From Sminthopsis crassicaudata (lineage: Eukaryota), in the NCBI RefSeq assembly GCF_048593235.1, contig NC_133619.1, forward strand, positions 453,185,644 to 453,249,643: a stretch of DNA of 64,000 nt, given 5' to 3'. Under the pieces are notes generated by a model that saw nothing but the letters and a program-made list of their open reading frames with translations, was not told the origin of the DNA and did no database searches. Positions 28,401 through 41,720 of the stretch are shown here, one piece after another. Both the position numbers and the translations under genes were made by a program. Each line of letters begins with the position of its first letter. Positions within the stretch are counted from its first letter, which is position 1.

Positions 28401-30689
28401 GTGTAAATGTGTCTTTAGGATCATCCTGGATCCTAAGATATGTATTAGCCCAATGCATAAAAAGGGTTGGTATTTATTGGTTCACCAATCATAATGATAC
28501 CCCATCACTCAAGAAAGAAAGTACAGGCTTCCCATTAGTCCAGAACAATCAATGTCCCAACCTCTACCTTCATCAGATGATGCAGAAAGACAAAAAGACA
28601 ATAAGATAGGTATTCATAAGACTTAGTTTGGTGTCTGAATCCACAATAAAGCAAAGAGAAAAAAAATTGATTGTTTTTTCTGATCTCTGGGTCAGTAGCT
28701 ACCATGAAACTGCCTAAAGAAGTTTAAGGATCTTAGTCTAGGAACTACCATTTATACAGCTAAGTAGGTAGCATAACCAAAAGTATCCCTGTAGAATGCA
28801 AATTAGAATCATAAATTCGGTGGTCACCAGCTACAGGCTTCTAGGTGGCATAATGGATAGAATGCTGATCCTGGACTCAGGAAAATATGAGTTTAATGCG
28901 ATGTGACTCTGGGACACTTCTCTTAAACCTGTTTGCCTCAATTCCCTCTTTTATAAAATTAAGATAATAATAGCAACCTCTCAGGGTTGTAAAGATTTAA
29001 TGAGATAATTATAAGATGCCTAGCATTGTGCCTGGCATATAGTAACATTATTAAAAATTTAGCTATAATTATCATCATCATCATCATCAATCTTTATAAG
29101 GCAACCTTGAACAATCAGAAAATATGGATATTATTCTTATTTTTATTTGTTTATAATAATAGTTAACATTTATATAATACTTTGAAATTCACAAAGTATT
29201 TTAGCATACATTAATTTATTTTCTTTTCACAACTTTGATGTGTAGGTGCTATATCCCCATTTTCTTCATGAGGAAACTGAAACCAAATATGGTTAAATGA
29301 CTTTCCCAATATTACATTGCTAATAAATGTCTTAGGTAGATTTGAACTCAGATCTTTCTGACTCCAAATTCAACATTTTATATACTATGTCAATTATTAA
29401 GTTCTTATTTTGTGTTTTATCTATACAAAAGTATAATGGAACTGCCTTGAAAAGTAGTAGGGTGCCCTTTCTTAGAGGTCTTCAAGTATAGACAAGATAA
29501 CTAATTATTGGTATTTTGTAAATGAAATTCTTTTTTAGGAGGAAAGGGAAATGGTTGGATCAAATGACTTCTGAGATTCCTTTCATCTCTAAAATTCTAG
29601 GCTATCCTTTTACTATGCAGAGTGTCAACAAGTAAGATGAAGTACAAGGTGATTGTTAATGCATATATATATACATATATGCTAATCCATATGTTTCTAG
29701 AAATCCCATGTTTGAAAAAAAATTTTTTCCTTACTCCTTCTAACACAAAGACCAAATTTTGTTACTCTTATGGCATCCATGATAACAGTCTGAAGCAAGT
29801 AGATTGAGATGAGGAAAGGGGATACATTTTTGTAATGATTTGAGTAACTGAGTTTGGTCATCCAAGTACATTCAAGTACCATTCCTTTTCTAAAGACCTT
29901 GACAATATATATGTTTTAAAGATGAATGTAACCGACAGAATGAGGAAGAAAATAAACAATTATAGAAAAGAATCCCAACTGAGGCGTGGCAAAATCATGG
30001 TTCTGTGCTCACTTGCTTAGAAATGAGCAGTACAACTATGATGAATACAAAGACAGGTGTGCTAGAAACAGCTTGAAGAGGCTCTCTCAAGCAAATGGCT
30101 AGAATTTTAGTGTGAGAATCTATCCCTTAGGAATAAGCAAAGTTTATACAGGAGGTCTTAATTTGTTATTTTATTGATTATCTAAATGTAATAAAATTAT
30201 AGAGAAAATATCAATAATGCAAATTCAACCTGAAATTCTGGACATGAACTTTTTGGGGGGGAAGTGTTCTGTTTTGAAGGTTTTGTTTGACTTCATGTAC
30301 CCAGAGATCTAAACATTTAACTTTACCCTTTTAAAACCTACCTATTGAAATCAAAGCAAAACACTTAGCTGAGATTATATAGTTTGGGCAAGTAATTAGC
30401 AAAGCCATTCTCTAAAGCCCTATTACCACAGCAGATAGGCTCTTGTGATTATTTAAATTTTAATGAGCACCAGAAATATCATCACCAGCTCTTGGGTTGT
30501 ACATCTACAAGACAATGTGACATAATAATATGAGTGTCAATGCTTTATTGCTGAGCTAAGCAACAACAGCAGCACACAGTCTTAGAAGCAAAAGCATTGG
30601 CTTAAAAATCATAAAACTTTAGGAATGCTTTGGACTTCATCCTTAATTTGCTATATGACTTCATCTTGGTACAGTGAAAAGCTTTATAA

Positions 30690-31680
30690 GCTGGGGAAAA
30701 AAATTACCTTCAAGGATTCTGATAAAGGCCTCATTTCTAAAATATATAGAGAATTGACTGAAATTTATAAGAATTCAAGCCATTCTCCAACTGATAAATA
30801 TTCAAAGGATATGAACAAATAATTTTCAGATGAAGAAATTGAAACCATTTCTAGCTATATGAAAAGGTGCTCATATGTGAGAAAACTGGAACACTAAGAC
30901 ATTGTTGGTGGAATTGTGAACGGATCCAGCCATTCAGGAGGGCAATTTGGAACTATGTTCAAAAGGTTATCAAACTGTGCATACCCTTTGATCCAGCAAT
31001 GTTTCTACTGGGTCTGTTTCCCAAAGAGATCATAAAAAGGGGGGGAAGGACCCACATGTGCAAAAATGTTTATGGCAGCCTTTTTTGTAGTAGCAAGGAT
31101 CTGGAAGCTGAGTGGATGCTCATCAGTTGGAGAAAGTCTGAATAAGTTATAGTATGGAATATTATTGTTTGGTAAGAAATGATCAGCAGGATGATTTCAG
31201 AAAGGCCTGGAGAGATTTACATGAACTGATGCTGAGTGAAATGAGCAGAACCAGGAAATCATTGTACATGGCAATAGCCAAATTATACAATGATCAAATC
31301 TGACAGACATGGCTCTTTTCAACAATAAGATGATTGAGGCCAGTTCCAATGACCTTGTGATGAAGAGAGTCATCTACGCCCAGAGAGAAGACTGGGAACT
31401 GAGTGTGGTCACTACACATTTTTTGTTGTTTGTTTGCATTTTGTTTTTTCTTAATGTTTTCTTTTTGATCTGATTCTTCTTGTGCAACATTGTATAAATA
31501 TGTATACATATATTGGATTTAACATATTTTAACATGTTTGAGATATATTGGATTACTTGCTATCTAGGAGAGGGGCTAAGGGGAAGAGAGGGAAATTTGG
31601 AAAACAAGGTTTTGCAAAGATCAATGTTCAAAAATTATCCATGCATATGTTTTGAAAATAAAAAGCTTTAATTTTTTTAA
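30690..31680 (+). mobile_element. L1 3' end with internal deletion
   Basis: SDKGLISKIYRELTEIYKNSSHSPTDKYSKDMN; GTLRHCWWNCERIQPFRRAIWNYVQKVIKLCIPFDPA; 3' UTR. Confidence 0.88.
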
Positions 31681-31844
31681 AAAATCATTGATTTTAGTGT
31701 CAAAGGAACATGGCTCAGATTCAACTGGTGGCTCTCCATATCTCTAGGCATCAGTTTCCTTATCCTCAAAATGAGGGAGTGTTAAACCAGATGGAAATAA
31801 AGCCCATCTATGAATTTATGAATCTATGTCTTTACAGATTCAAT

Positions 31845-32310
31845 GGTAGCACAGTGTCTAGAGCACCAGACTAGAGCCTTTCTGAGTTTAAATCTGGGCT
31901 CAGACACTTACTAATTCTATGATCCTGGGAAAGCCACTTCACACTATTTACTTCAGTTTCCTCATCTATATAATGGGCTGGAAAAAGAACTGGAAAATCA
32001 CTCTAGTGTCTTTGCCAAGGAAACCCTAAATGGGGTCACAAAAATGTCTAGCACATCTAAAAACAAGTGAACAGCAACAGATTCAAGGACAGAGCCATAT
32101 AGATAAAGGACTGGGCTCGCATTCAAATCCAACCTCAAACACTAGCTATGTGAATCCAGATAAATCACTTAATTCTGTCTGTCTCTGTTTCCTCAACTAT
32201 AAATGTAGATAATTATGAAACCTACCTTTCAGGAGGGTTATGAAAAGCAAAGGTGATTATGTTTGCAAAGTGTTTAACACAATGTCTCTTACATAATATA
32301 TGCCTAATAA
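31845..32310 (+). mobile_element. Two adjacent CORE-SINEs
   Basis: Two heads (about 31845 and 32085), each with a tcaaatc/ctcagacactt box and gtttcctca core. Confidence 0.7.
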
Positions 32311-33544
32311 ATGATCGTTTTCCTTTTTTCCTTACACTGAATATTTAAATAAAAACTGTGCTGATAATAGTATTCCAAATAGGAATGATTCTATGCTTTA
32401 TATGTGGACTTAAAAAAAACATTCTGAGATATAAGGACCCACCTTGTCACTATTTCTTACCATTTAACTTTATAGGAATAACAAGACAATACTCATCTAT
32501 GTTTTCTATTTCATGCCTAAAAGAGCTAGCAATGAGCAAAATTCTCACTGTGTATTCTTTCCAGATGAACTGAATTAGACAGCTAAATCAGTAATGCCAT
32601 CTAACATAGTCCTATTAGCTCAGTCATGCAGAAAAGCCCATCTGTAATATCATAAATATGACTAAACTAGGGGAGCAGGCTAAGAGCCTTGTAAATCAGT
32701 TAATTCAAAGAAATCTTATGAATGCTTTTTAAAAGGGATATAATATAATTGATGACAAATGAATAGTAGCAGGCATCTAACCACGGGCATGTAGTAATAA
32801 GTTTGCTGAAATGATCTATAAACTGCTTTAGAATTCAATTTCATATGCATTTTAAAAAAACAACTCATCAAATGATTTTGCTACAGTTCACTAAGTTTTA
32901 ACTGTGGGCAATTGAGTAAAGTATATTTAAAGTCCTAATTTGTTAGGAGAAATATATAAAAGCACTTTCCTAAACAGATTCCTTAATATGCTACTGTTTA
33001 ATCTTGTTTATACAGATTGGAAAGGGGCACCTCCAGCTATTGTCTATATCTGTTTATGGGTGGCTTATAAGTAAATACACTTGATTAGGTGGGGGTAGGG
33101 TCCTTTGGCATTTTTTTTAAATAAAAATAGATAAAAATATATTTCAACCATGCCCGACACTGTTAGCATTAGGTCCCAAATAAAAAGGTTAGGGATGAAA
33201 GTGTAGTATTTGATTAGAAAAATAAAATTGCCTACTTAAAAGAGTTATTATTCCAAATTGCCTATTGTACAGGAACCTCACTGAAATGTACTCTGTTTCA
33301 AAACACTCCAAGGCCATATCTTCAATCAGAGCAGGAATAACCTACCGTCTCAGGGGGGAAAAAGAAAGAAAAGCAATAACGGAAGGAACAATTTGGTTTA
33401 GAACGAGTTTATGATCTATGATATAGATGTTACCAGACCCATTTCATCATCAGTCCTAAGGGAACAATGAATTTTTTGTAATCAGATTCCTACCCAAGCA
33501 GGTGGGAGAGGATCATCCCTTTGCTTCCTGCTGGGTACCAAGAG

Positions 33545-34143
33545 ATGTTGTTCAGTCATTTTCAGTCATGTACAATTAACTCTTCATGGTCCTGTTTGTG
33601 GTTTTCTTCGCAGAGATACTGAAGTGGTTAGCTGTTAGGATTACTAGGTGAGAATTCAGGTTGTCTGGACAATTACAAGGTGAGAACTCAGGTTGACTTG
33701 ACAGTTCTCTGGCTCAGATTCTAGGAGGAGCAAGCTCATTGGTTGAAGTGGTTCTTCCCAGAAGCCCTTGCATTTTCTCACGCCCATTCTCTGGGAGGAT
33801 AAAAGAGGCAACATTGGGCCTGGACAAGCAGTCTGGACTGGGGAAGGACAAAAGCTGGAGGAGATTTAGAGCCAGGATTCAGGAAGAAGAGGTTGGCTGG
33901 AGGCTCCAGAAGCCTCCCAAGAAACCTGCTCATAGAGGAAAAGATTATACAGAAAAGAAACCTCCTCCCAAAGAAGGATCACAACTGAGAGACGATCAGA
34001 ACTTTACAGTTAGCCATTTCTTTCTATAGTTCATTTCACAGGAGAAGAACTGAGGCAAACAGGGTTATATGATTTGTGAACAAATTACACAGCTAGAAAG
34101 GGTCTCCAGGGCCACTGGTCTTTCCACTGCACCATCTAGCTGG
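33545..34143 (-). mobile_element. Mar1/WINE-type SINE interrupted by the solo LTR
   Basis: gttcagtcattttcagtcatg...cagagatactgaagtggttagc | ...ccatttc...ttcacagg...aactgaggcaaacaggg is continuous across the insertion. Confidence 0.8.
33633..34008 (+). mobile_element. Solo LTR (376 bp) nested in a SINE
   Basis: TGTTAGG...TTTACA termini; exact 6-bp TSD GTTAGC (33627-33632 and 34009-34014); internal direct repeat ggtgagaaYtcaggttg at 33647 and 33679. Orientation inferred from ATTGG and GATAAAAG (33798). Confidence 0.85.
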
Positions 34144-36384
34144 TATGAAGAGTATGATAGTATGAAGAGACATGTGATTCCCAAATGGCAGAGAAAATGC
34201 TGAGAGGGATGCAATACTGTATCATAGTGCAATACTTAAAGGGTTTTTTTAATTGGACCCACAATTTTGTTTTTGTTTTTGTTTTTTGAAAGAGATATGT
34301 AGTTCCAGAAACCCCTCAGGAGAATCAACAGTCATATCAACATATCTTTGATTTCTATTTTATCTCTGGAGAAACTGCTAGAATGAATCTCCTTGGGTGA
34401 AATCAGACCCTCTCTCTTGATTTAAACCCTTGATTTTCTTGTCCCTTGCCAAAGCAGTATAATTTCTGGCATATTCTAATCAATAGGACTTCTCCAATTT
34501 CTACTTGGAGTTATGATTGGGTAAATAGGTTTACTTGATAGTCTATTTTTGATGATCTTTTGTGTAACCAGTGTCTTATAGATAGTAAATAAGCTGGTAA
34601 GTAGATAGATTTTAACTTCTAAAATTAAAATTAAGTTAAAATCTACTTTGTCCCTTTCCTTCTAAATTCAGACCTGAACCCATAGAAGAGAGACATGAAG
34701 AAGGCAGATACATATAAATCCACTCCAATATCCTTTAGAAGATAAAAGTAAAAAGACTCCGGCCAATCTGTGATCCTTGGGCTACCTGTCTCTTCTACCC
34801 CCAGCAAGCATGCAGGCAGTATAAATAAGCATTGCCCTCAGCTATTCTTCTCTAAGAAGAGGCAGGCTAGATGTCAGATGCTATATCTATCTGGGCCATA
34901 CACAAGCCACATCTATACATTTGAACAACCTGTCTGGACTTACATATTATATGTTAGTAAATGAGTTAATTTCTAATCTTGGGACAATTTGCTCCCAATA
35001 TTTCACAATCCTGGAAGATAATTTTCTCAAAGTAAAGGTATCAGAATAAATGAAAAGGTCTGTTCTTCTTCCTAATGTAAATTGGGTACCTACTGAGTTG
35101 CATGAGCTCCCAGCAAATTTAATCTTGTACTAATTCAACATATGCTTACAGAATATCCATTGATTCCAAAACAACATAATATTAGATTCCACAGAACATT
35201 TGAAAAATGAAAAAAAAAAACAGTTGATGTAGCTTCTGCCTTAAGTATTAATAATATAGTTGGGGATATCATGCATAAATGAAATAACTTGAGGAACCAA
35301 ATTGAAGCACAGCAGTATAACACAATTAGTATCTATTTAAGTGTTAAAGAACTGTAAAGAGAGTTTAAATGATAAACAATTCATGCCTAGACAGTGTAGC
35401 TAGTATATCTCAAAAGAAGGACTTAAACCAGGTTTTTCTGACTCTTAAGGCCATGGGGCACCTCATATTAGTCCTGCTGTAATTAACAAAATATAAATTC
35501 ATTTAAAAATATTAATTTATGATGCCTTTTTGTTATCAATTTTCTTAACCAATAGGTATTAATAAGTTACTATTGATATCCACTTCCCAGAGTCATTGTA
35601 TATCCAGTATTAGATTCTGGGGTCTTGACCTTAGGGTGCAGTCAGAAATATTTTGGATTAATGTCCTCACTTGGTTTTAAAGAAAAAAAGTTACAAAAAT
35701 AAAGTTTAATTAAATGTGTATGGACCCCCCCAAAAAAAGACAAGTTTACCAACTCCCATACAGGCACTAAGGCAAATATGTGTATTGAAGATTTACAGGA
35801 CCATAAAAACATAGATGGGAACTTTGAATGACTTATGAGCATCTCATCTTATTTCATAGTTGAACCTATATGCCAAGTCAAGCTCCAACCCTAATAATAA
35901 AAAATATATCAAAAAGAGGTCCAAAACCTTTGGCAATATTCCACAAGTAGTACAGGGATAGTGACCCAATGCACTAGATAAACCCTGCCCAGAAGTCCCC
36001 AACATCCCCAGTACTTTCATCAGGTTTATCTCCATACTATTTCTCCTAGTATGTTCATTCCTCTGTCTGTGCCTTTATCTGTACTTTTTACAATATTCTC
36101 CTCTCCATGTAGTTCATTAAAGCCTACAGTAAATACACAATAAAAAATTCATGTGTGTATACATTTTAAATAATATAGCATATTTTAATATAGTAAAAAT
36201 AATAGCTTACTTTCATGTGACTAGGAAATTCCAATATTAAAAAATATGCATTCTTTTACATCCTACATGGAATAGTTATATTTCTTGACATTATTACAGA
36301 ATATTTCAGCAGTCTTATTCTTCTAAATATAAATAGCTCAGGTATTTATTTTGCTTGGTTGTTTTTCAATCCTGTCCAACTCGT

Positions 36385-36610
36385 TGGCGCCCTTTTTTGT
36401 TTTTTTTACTTTTTTGTCAAAGATCCTGAAGTGGTTTGCTATTTCCTTCTCCAGATCATTTTACAGATGAGGAAACTGAGGCAAACAAGGTTAAGTGACT
36501 TGTCCTCAGTCCCACAGCTATTAAGTATCTGAGGTAAGATTTAAACTCAACAAGATAAGCCTTTATGACTCCAGACGTGGCACTCTATCCACTGAGCCCC
36601 CAAGCAGCCC
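36385..36610 (-). mobile_element. Mar1-type SINE just upstream of exon 4
   Basis: ttttacagatgaggaaactgaggcaaacaaggttaagtgacttg...ctctatccactgagcccc. Confidence 0.8.
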
Positions 36611-36780
36611 ATTAATTTCTAATGCATCTTGTTCTTATGGATATATATAACTAATTCTCCATTATTATTTTTTGCTAAAATACATGCAAAAGAAATATTT
36701 TGGTTTGTTTGTGTTTTTTTAAACAACTTACAATGAATTTCTTTTCTGTTCTGTTCCTTTCTTTTTTGCATTTACTGTAG

Positions 36781-37209
36781 GCAAACTTTTTGGGTTCAAG
36801 TTGCCTGGTCTGAGGCTCCTGACCTACCGAAAGCAATCCTTACCACAAGAAGATCCAGATGTGGTAGTAATTGACTCGTCTAAGCACAGTGATGACTCAG
36901 TGGCCATGAAGCACTTTAAATCCCCTACAAAAGAAAGCTGCAGCCCCTCTGAAGCAGATGACACAAAAGCACTGATACAACCCAGCAAATGTTCTCCTTT
37001 GGTTAATATATCAGGACCACTTGATCATTCCTCTCCCAAACGGCAATGGGACCGACTCTACCCTGACATGCTGCAGTCAAGTTCCCAATTGACCCATTCC
37101 AGATCAAAAGAAAGTATTTGTAGTATACGAAGGGCATCATCAGTGCATGATATAGAAGGATTCAGTATCCATCCCAAGAATGTTTTTAGGGACCGACATG
37201 CAAGTGAAG
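36781..37209 (+). CDS. KCNH7: KCNH7 coding exon (exon 4 by homology); N-terminal proximal domain
   Basis: Acceptor cttttttgcatttactgtag|GC and donor GAAG|gtatgt; 429 nt, phase 1/1. Translates (R)[38 protein letters not shown]...[29 protein letters not shown]; overlaps ORF 36801..37286. Confidence 0.97.
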
Positions 37210-37689
37210 GTATGTTTAGAAAAAAAAAAGTATATTTTGATATATTCCATGATATCATTTCCTTGTTATGGTTCATTTTAAGTTGAAACCTTGGGCTAGG
37301 AGGGGAAACTTTGACAAAAGTTAAAGAGATTTGAAAGTATTATGGCATTTTTATAACTATAACTGCTTTCTATTGTGATGAAATGACTTCTGTGCTTTTA
37401 TTTTCCTGATACTATTAGAAGCATTCTCTACCTACCCCATATGGTGTTAATTAATTCATGTTGATTACAAGACACTTTTGGGTGATAAACACTGCAATGC
37501 ACAGTATCATTCATTTTATTACACTTCGCAAATGATCATATATCCTGTGTGGAAAGAAAGAGGTCAGAGATATTTGGTATCAATACATACTTCTATTAAA
37601 CAACTATTTCTAAAAGAGATAGTAAATACAAAGAGGGCCATGAACTAATCAAATAGATGAAAACATGAAAAAAGAAGTCACCTTCTATA

Positions 37690-38020
37690 CCTATAATGCA
37701 ATCCTTAAAATTTAAATCCATTTCTTCCATGAAAATTCATGTTAGGTGCCTCTTCTGCAGGAAACTTTTCCTGATAACTAACCTGCAGACCCCTGGGTAA
37801 AAGTGAAATCTTCCTCAACAAATGTTTCTGAAACATTTTAATTTAAACTCTTCTTTTACTCTTTCTTAGTTTACCTTCTGAATATGGTATATATACCATA
37901 TTTCCCATATTAAATTATAATCCCCTTAATGATAGAAATTTAGTCATTTTTCATCTTTATATTCCTGGCATCTAATACAGCACTTTGCATATGATAAACA
38001 ATTAATACACTTTTATCAAA
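37690..38020 (+). mobile_element. L2 3' end
   Basis: ttcctggcatctaatacagcactttgcatatgataaacaattaatac. Confidence 0.55.
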
Positions 38021-38599
38021 TTACAAAACTCTGGGTTTGTAATAACATAATGACCCAAATATGTCAATCCTATCAACTTATACTGTATTTTATGGTAGCA
38101 TAAAATCTATTTTCAAAATGAATTTTTAAAATTATTGACACATTCTATCTTTTTTCAAAAGTTAATGTGGACCAGACAGAAATATTTCCTAAGGTCCAGG
38201 ATACTGTATTAATTACTGTATGGGGATATAAAAATTTAAAAATCAACCAGCCCTTCTTCCGGCAACTCAACTCTCCCTCAAGTATCTTATAATTGGAAAA
38301 TCAGAAAAAAATGCAAATGTATGAGCAAATAGCCACAAAAGAATAAAAACTTACTAAAGTTCAAATTAATAACTTAAAAGCTAATTAATCCCAATTCAAC
38401 AGGAAATTTTATGAAATTCTTATATAGACAAAACTTGCACTAATATATTTAAAAAAGAATTAGTAAGCAAGTAACATACTATACTTAATAAGTAAATCCT
38501 TGTAAAAATACTGCTAAAACCATTTTATTATTGTCCATTTACATTACTACATTACTACATTAGTTAAAATAAGATTATTTTATATTAATTAAAGCAAGC

Positions 38600-39560
38600 T
38601 ACATAATATCTCTACTAGAAATAGCAACATGGCTGATTCTGATAATTAACTTAGTAATATAATTAGAAAAACTCAAACTTAAAATAGTTTGAAATCCATA
38701 TTCTTCACTAATTCAGAGTGGTCTAGAGTCATAAATACTAGGTGATGAACTTAGGTTTGTTTGATCAAGGGAATGACATGAAAAGAATAGAGAAGGCAGA
38801 TTAGTCAACATCTCTCTTTTCAAATAATTGTAGATAGTTTGATTATCTAGCAGGGTACTAAAGCAATCCAGATATGATAGACATAGGAACCTATGTAAGA
38901 ATAATTAGAAAGATAAAGGGAAATGGAACTATGCAGTTTATAAGGAATAGATGAAATTTAGAGATAAATTAGAGATGGAGGTGGGGAAGACAGAGAAGAT
39001 TCCAAAATTACATCAATTTCAAAATCAAGCCCAAATTTAGAAGAGGAGGTACTAGTTAGGGTTCAGATGTTAAGTAATGGAGAAATTTTAAAAGTATGTT
39101 GGTCACGGGAAAAAATTGATCATTGCAGCATTTTTGAGAAGATATATTTGGAGTTTTAGTAAGATATTTAAATAAAGTAGTCCAAGAAACTAGAAATCTA
39201 ATCCTGGAGGAAAAAAAATGAGTAACTGAAGTAATAAAATGTCCATTTGAAAAATTATCTGCAAAACAACATTTGAAATCTTTATTTAAATCATTTAAAT
39301 TAGATTCCCTTGTTTCTACCCTCAAGGAGTACAGGTTTAAGAGTAAAAGGCTTATAAGAAATCTGGGTTAACAATTGTAAAATGTTGAAAAGACTGGTGA
39401 AAATGGAGAAATCAGAGGAGACACGACAGGAGTCAAAGGATAAGAAGTGAAGAAAATTCAACCCAGGAATTAAGGGAAGGCAGATTTGCAGAAAAAGATA
39501 ATAGCTATACATGCTGCATTGAAACTACTCTTCTCAGTTGTAGAATAGTGAAAGAGGAAG
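38600..39560 (-). mobile_element. L2 remnant
   Basis: Purine-rich L2-type sequence (gaggagacacgacaggagtcaaaggataag, gaatagtgaaagagg). Confidence 0.5.
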
Positions 39561-41639
39561 AAAAGATCATGGTTAATGCACAAACTGGAAACTTTAGCAC
39601 ATTAAACCTTTACAAGCCAATCACAGAACCAGGGATTACACAATTTGCCACTTTATCAAATGAAGTGACCAAAATAAACAAAAACAATCAGATAAATAGC
39701 CATCACATTGTCTAGAATCCCAGTGTCAGAAACAATTTTTCCAAATAGCAATGCACTGCATAGCCGCAGACTTTAAAAAAATATATATTTGATTACAGCC
39801 TAATTTTTATTGGATTTTTGGGATCCCCATTAATGTTAAGTTATTGACATAATTAAATTCTTTTTTTAAATAATTGATTTAATATTTTTATGTGTCTCTG
39901 CATAGACTGGTAATTACCACTGTTTGAAGACAGATTTAGCAGATCTAACAGTCCATTTGTTTTCATGCCTCCCTTTTCTTCCCCTCCCTTTTCCCTTCCA
40001 GAACTTCCCAATCATTCCCTAAAAGTACATCTTTCACTTGCAAGAGTCTCTCTTTTGTCATCACTACTGTAGTGATGGAATGATAAAAAAGAATATATTT
40101 TATTCTACTCTTGTACTATTGAGCATTTGTAGCTACTCCTAAATAGATTAAAATAAGATTGACCAACCTTCATAAGATTATGTTTTTTAAAAAGTTTCAT
40201 TTCTAAGGGAAATAGAAAAACTTTTTACTGACTTTTGTGGATCATTGTTTTATCCTTTTAATATAATTGTAGAAAATGTTAAATCTCCTAGTACAGTTGA
40301 TTTTCAGTTTTGATAACTAATTTTGCCAAACTTCTCTGCTTATATGTGAGGTGTTTTCATCTCTTCACTCCTTTTTAGAGTGACAAAATGATTTGGGAAA
40401 ATAAATGATTTGCAAATAATTTAAAGCAGCTTCAGAATAGAAAGCTAAATATACACTAGCAGCTTGAGTAAAAACAGTTCAAATGGAAATGGTCATCCTG
40501 TGTAACTCATATACTCACCCTCCGTTAGCTGTTCTATGTATTTGCAATTTATGGTCCAAAAAGAGAGGAAAAGAGTTGGCAGCTATACCTCAATTTCTTT
40601 TGTACATTGGATATGTTTAGTTTTACAATTCAATAGACTGAACATTTGCTATTGAATTGTTTTAATTTTGTGAATTGAAATAATTAAACTCTATCTCAAT
40701 GTTTTACACATGCTTAGTAGTAATGTAGATGTTGCCAAAATGTTGATCTTTTTTTAAGTCTTGGATGTATTTGGCTAATATTGAAATAAATAATTATTTC
40801 AAGTGTAATTTAATGACACAGGCAAAATACAGTTACAATATTAGTGGAAGATTTTCCCTGTTTGAAAGCTGTCTGAAATCTTTCCATAGTATCTTATATT
40901 GACACACTGAATTTAAATAATTTACCTAAACACACATTTACCTAATGAATTTACCCAGAACACAGTGGGAACTGTCACTATTATGATATCAAACATATTA
41001 AGCAATCACAAAGGACTTTTTCAAAAATATAGTTGACAAATATTTTGATATTGCTTAGTGTTTTATATGTCCTTAATATTAACACAATGCCTACTAAACA
41101 CTTGACATCAGTCCATTTACTAAAGTATGTTGGAACTATGAAATATCCTTAAAAAATTAAAAATAATTCAGTATGAATGAACACAAATATGGAGTGAAAT
41201 GGCTTTATCCATACTTAACAAATGTTTTCAAAGCATTTAATAACAAAGTATAGCTGCCAAAAATAAATATTAGTTTGAAGTATATAGTACTATATAGTCT
41301 TTCTTCCTACATATATTTTAAGTGCTGCTTCAGGAAACATTGGAATTTAGCACATAACTGGATTAATATTTTTGCAATGAAACTATTGCCAGTTGAGGAA
41401 GCCATTCTCCATATTAGCATGATCAGACTTCTTTGAAAAAATAAAGTCAGATGAATGCTCTCTAAAATGAAAACTTTACAATATCAGATGAATTTAATTT
41501 AAATTAGTTGTCCTTTTGCACGATTGAAGAATAGAAATTTGTGCTAATTACAATCAGTGTCTAATTCCTATCGATTCTAATCTATTGCATTCTGGGTATT
41601 TTATATGTTTTACAATGGTAATTCTGAAAACAAAATGCA

Positions 41640-41699
41640 GCTTTTAGTCTCCTTTTTATCTTTCTCTCCTTTTTTTTATTCTTACAATGCTGAATACAG
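41640..41699 (+). promoter_or_regulatory. Microexon 3' splice region: extended pyrimidine tract plus UGC element (SRRM3/4-type)
   Basis: cttttagtctcctttttatctttctctccttttttttattcttacaaTGCtgaatacag; TGC at 41688-41690, 9 nt before the exon. Confidence 0.6.
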
Positions 41700-41720
41700 A
41701 CAATGGTCGCCATGTCAAAG
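41700..41720 (+). CDS. KCNH7: KCNH7 21-nt microexon (exon 5 by homology) encoding DNGRHVK
   Basis: Long pyrimidine tract then tgaatacag|ACAATGGTCGCCATGTCAAAG|gtaaag. Symmetric phase 1/1. Bridges RHASE and GPFNH to give SE-DNGRHVK-GPFNH, like human SEDNGRNVKGPFNH as recalled. Confidence 0.9.

Noticed and set aside
33739-34029. 96-aa ORF 33739..34029
   Set aside because: Lies within the solo LTR, starts at TTG, and has no recognisable domain.
37210-37286. ORF 36801..37286 extension [10 protein letters not shown]... and its TTG start
   Set aside because: Read-through past the GAAG|gtatgt donor; homology ends at RHASE, and the true exon starts at 36781.
40513-40521. Strong minus-strand donor AGG|GTGAGT suggesting an antisense exon
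   Set aside because: No matching minus-strand acceptor found nearby; a single motif is not enough.
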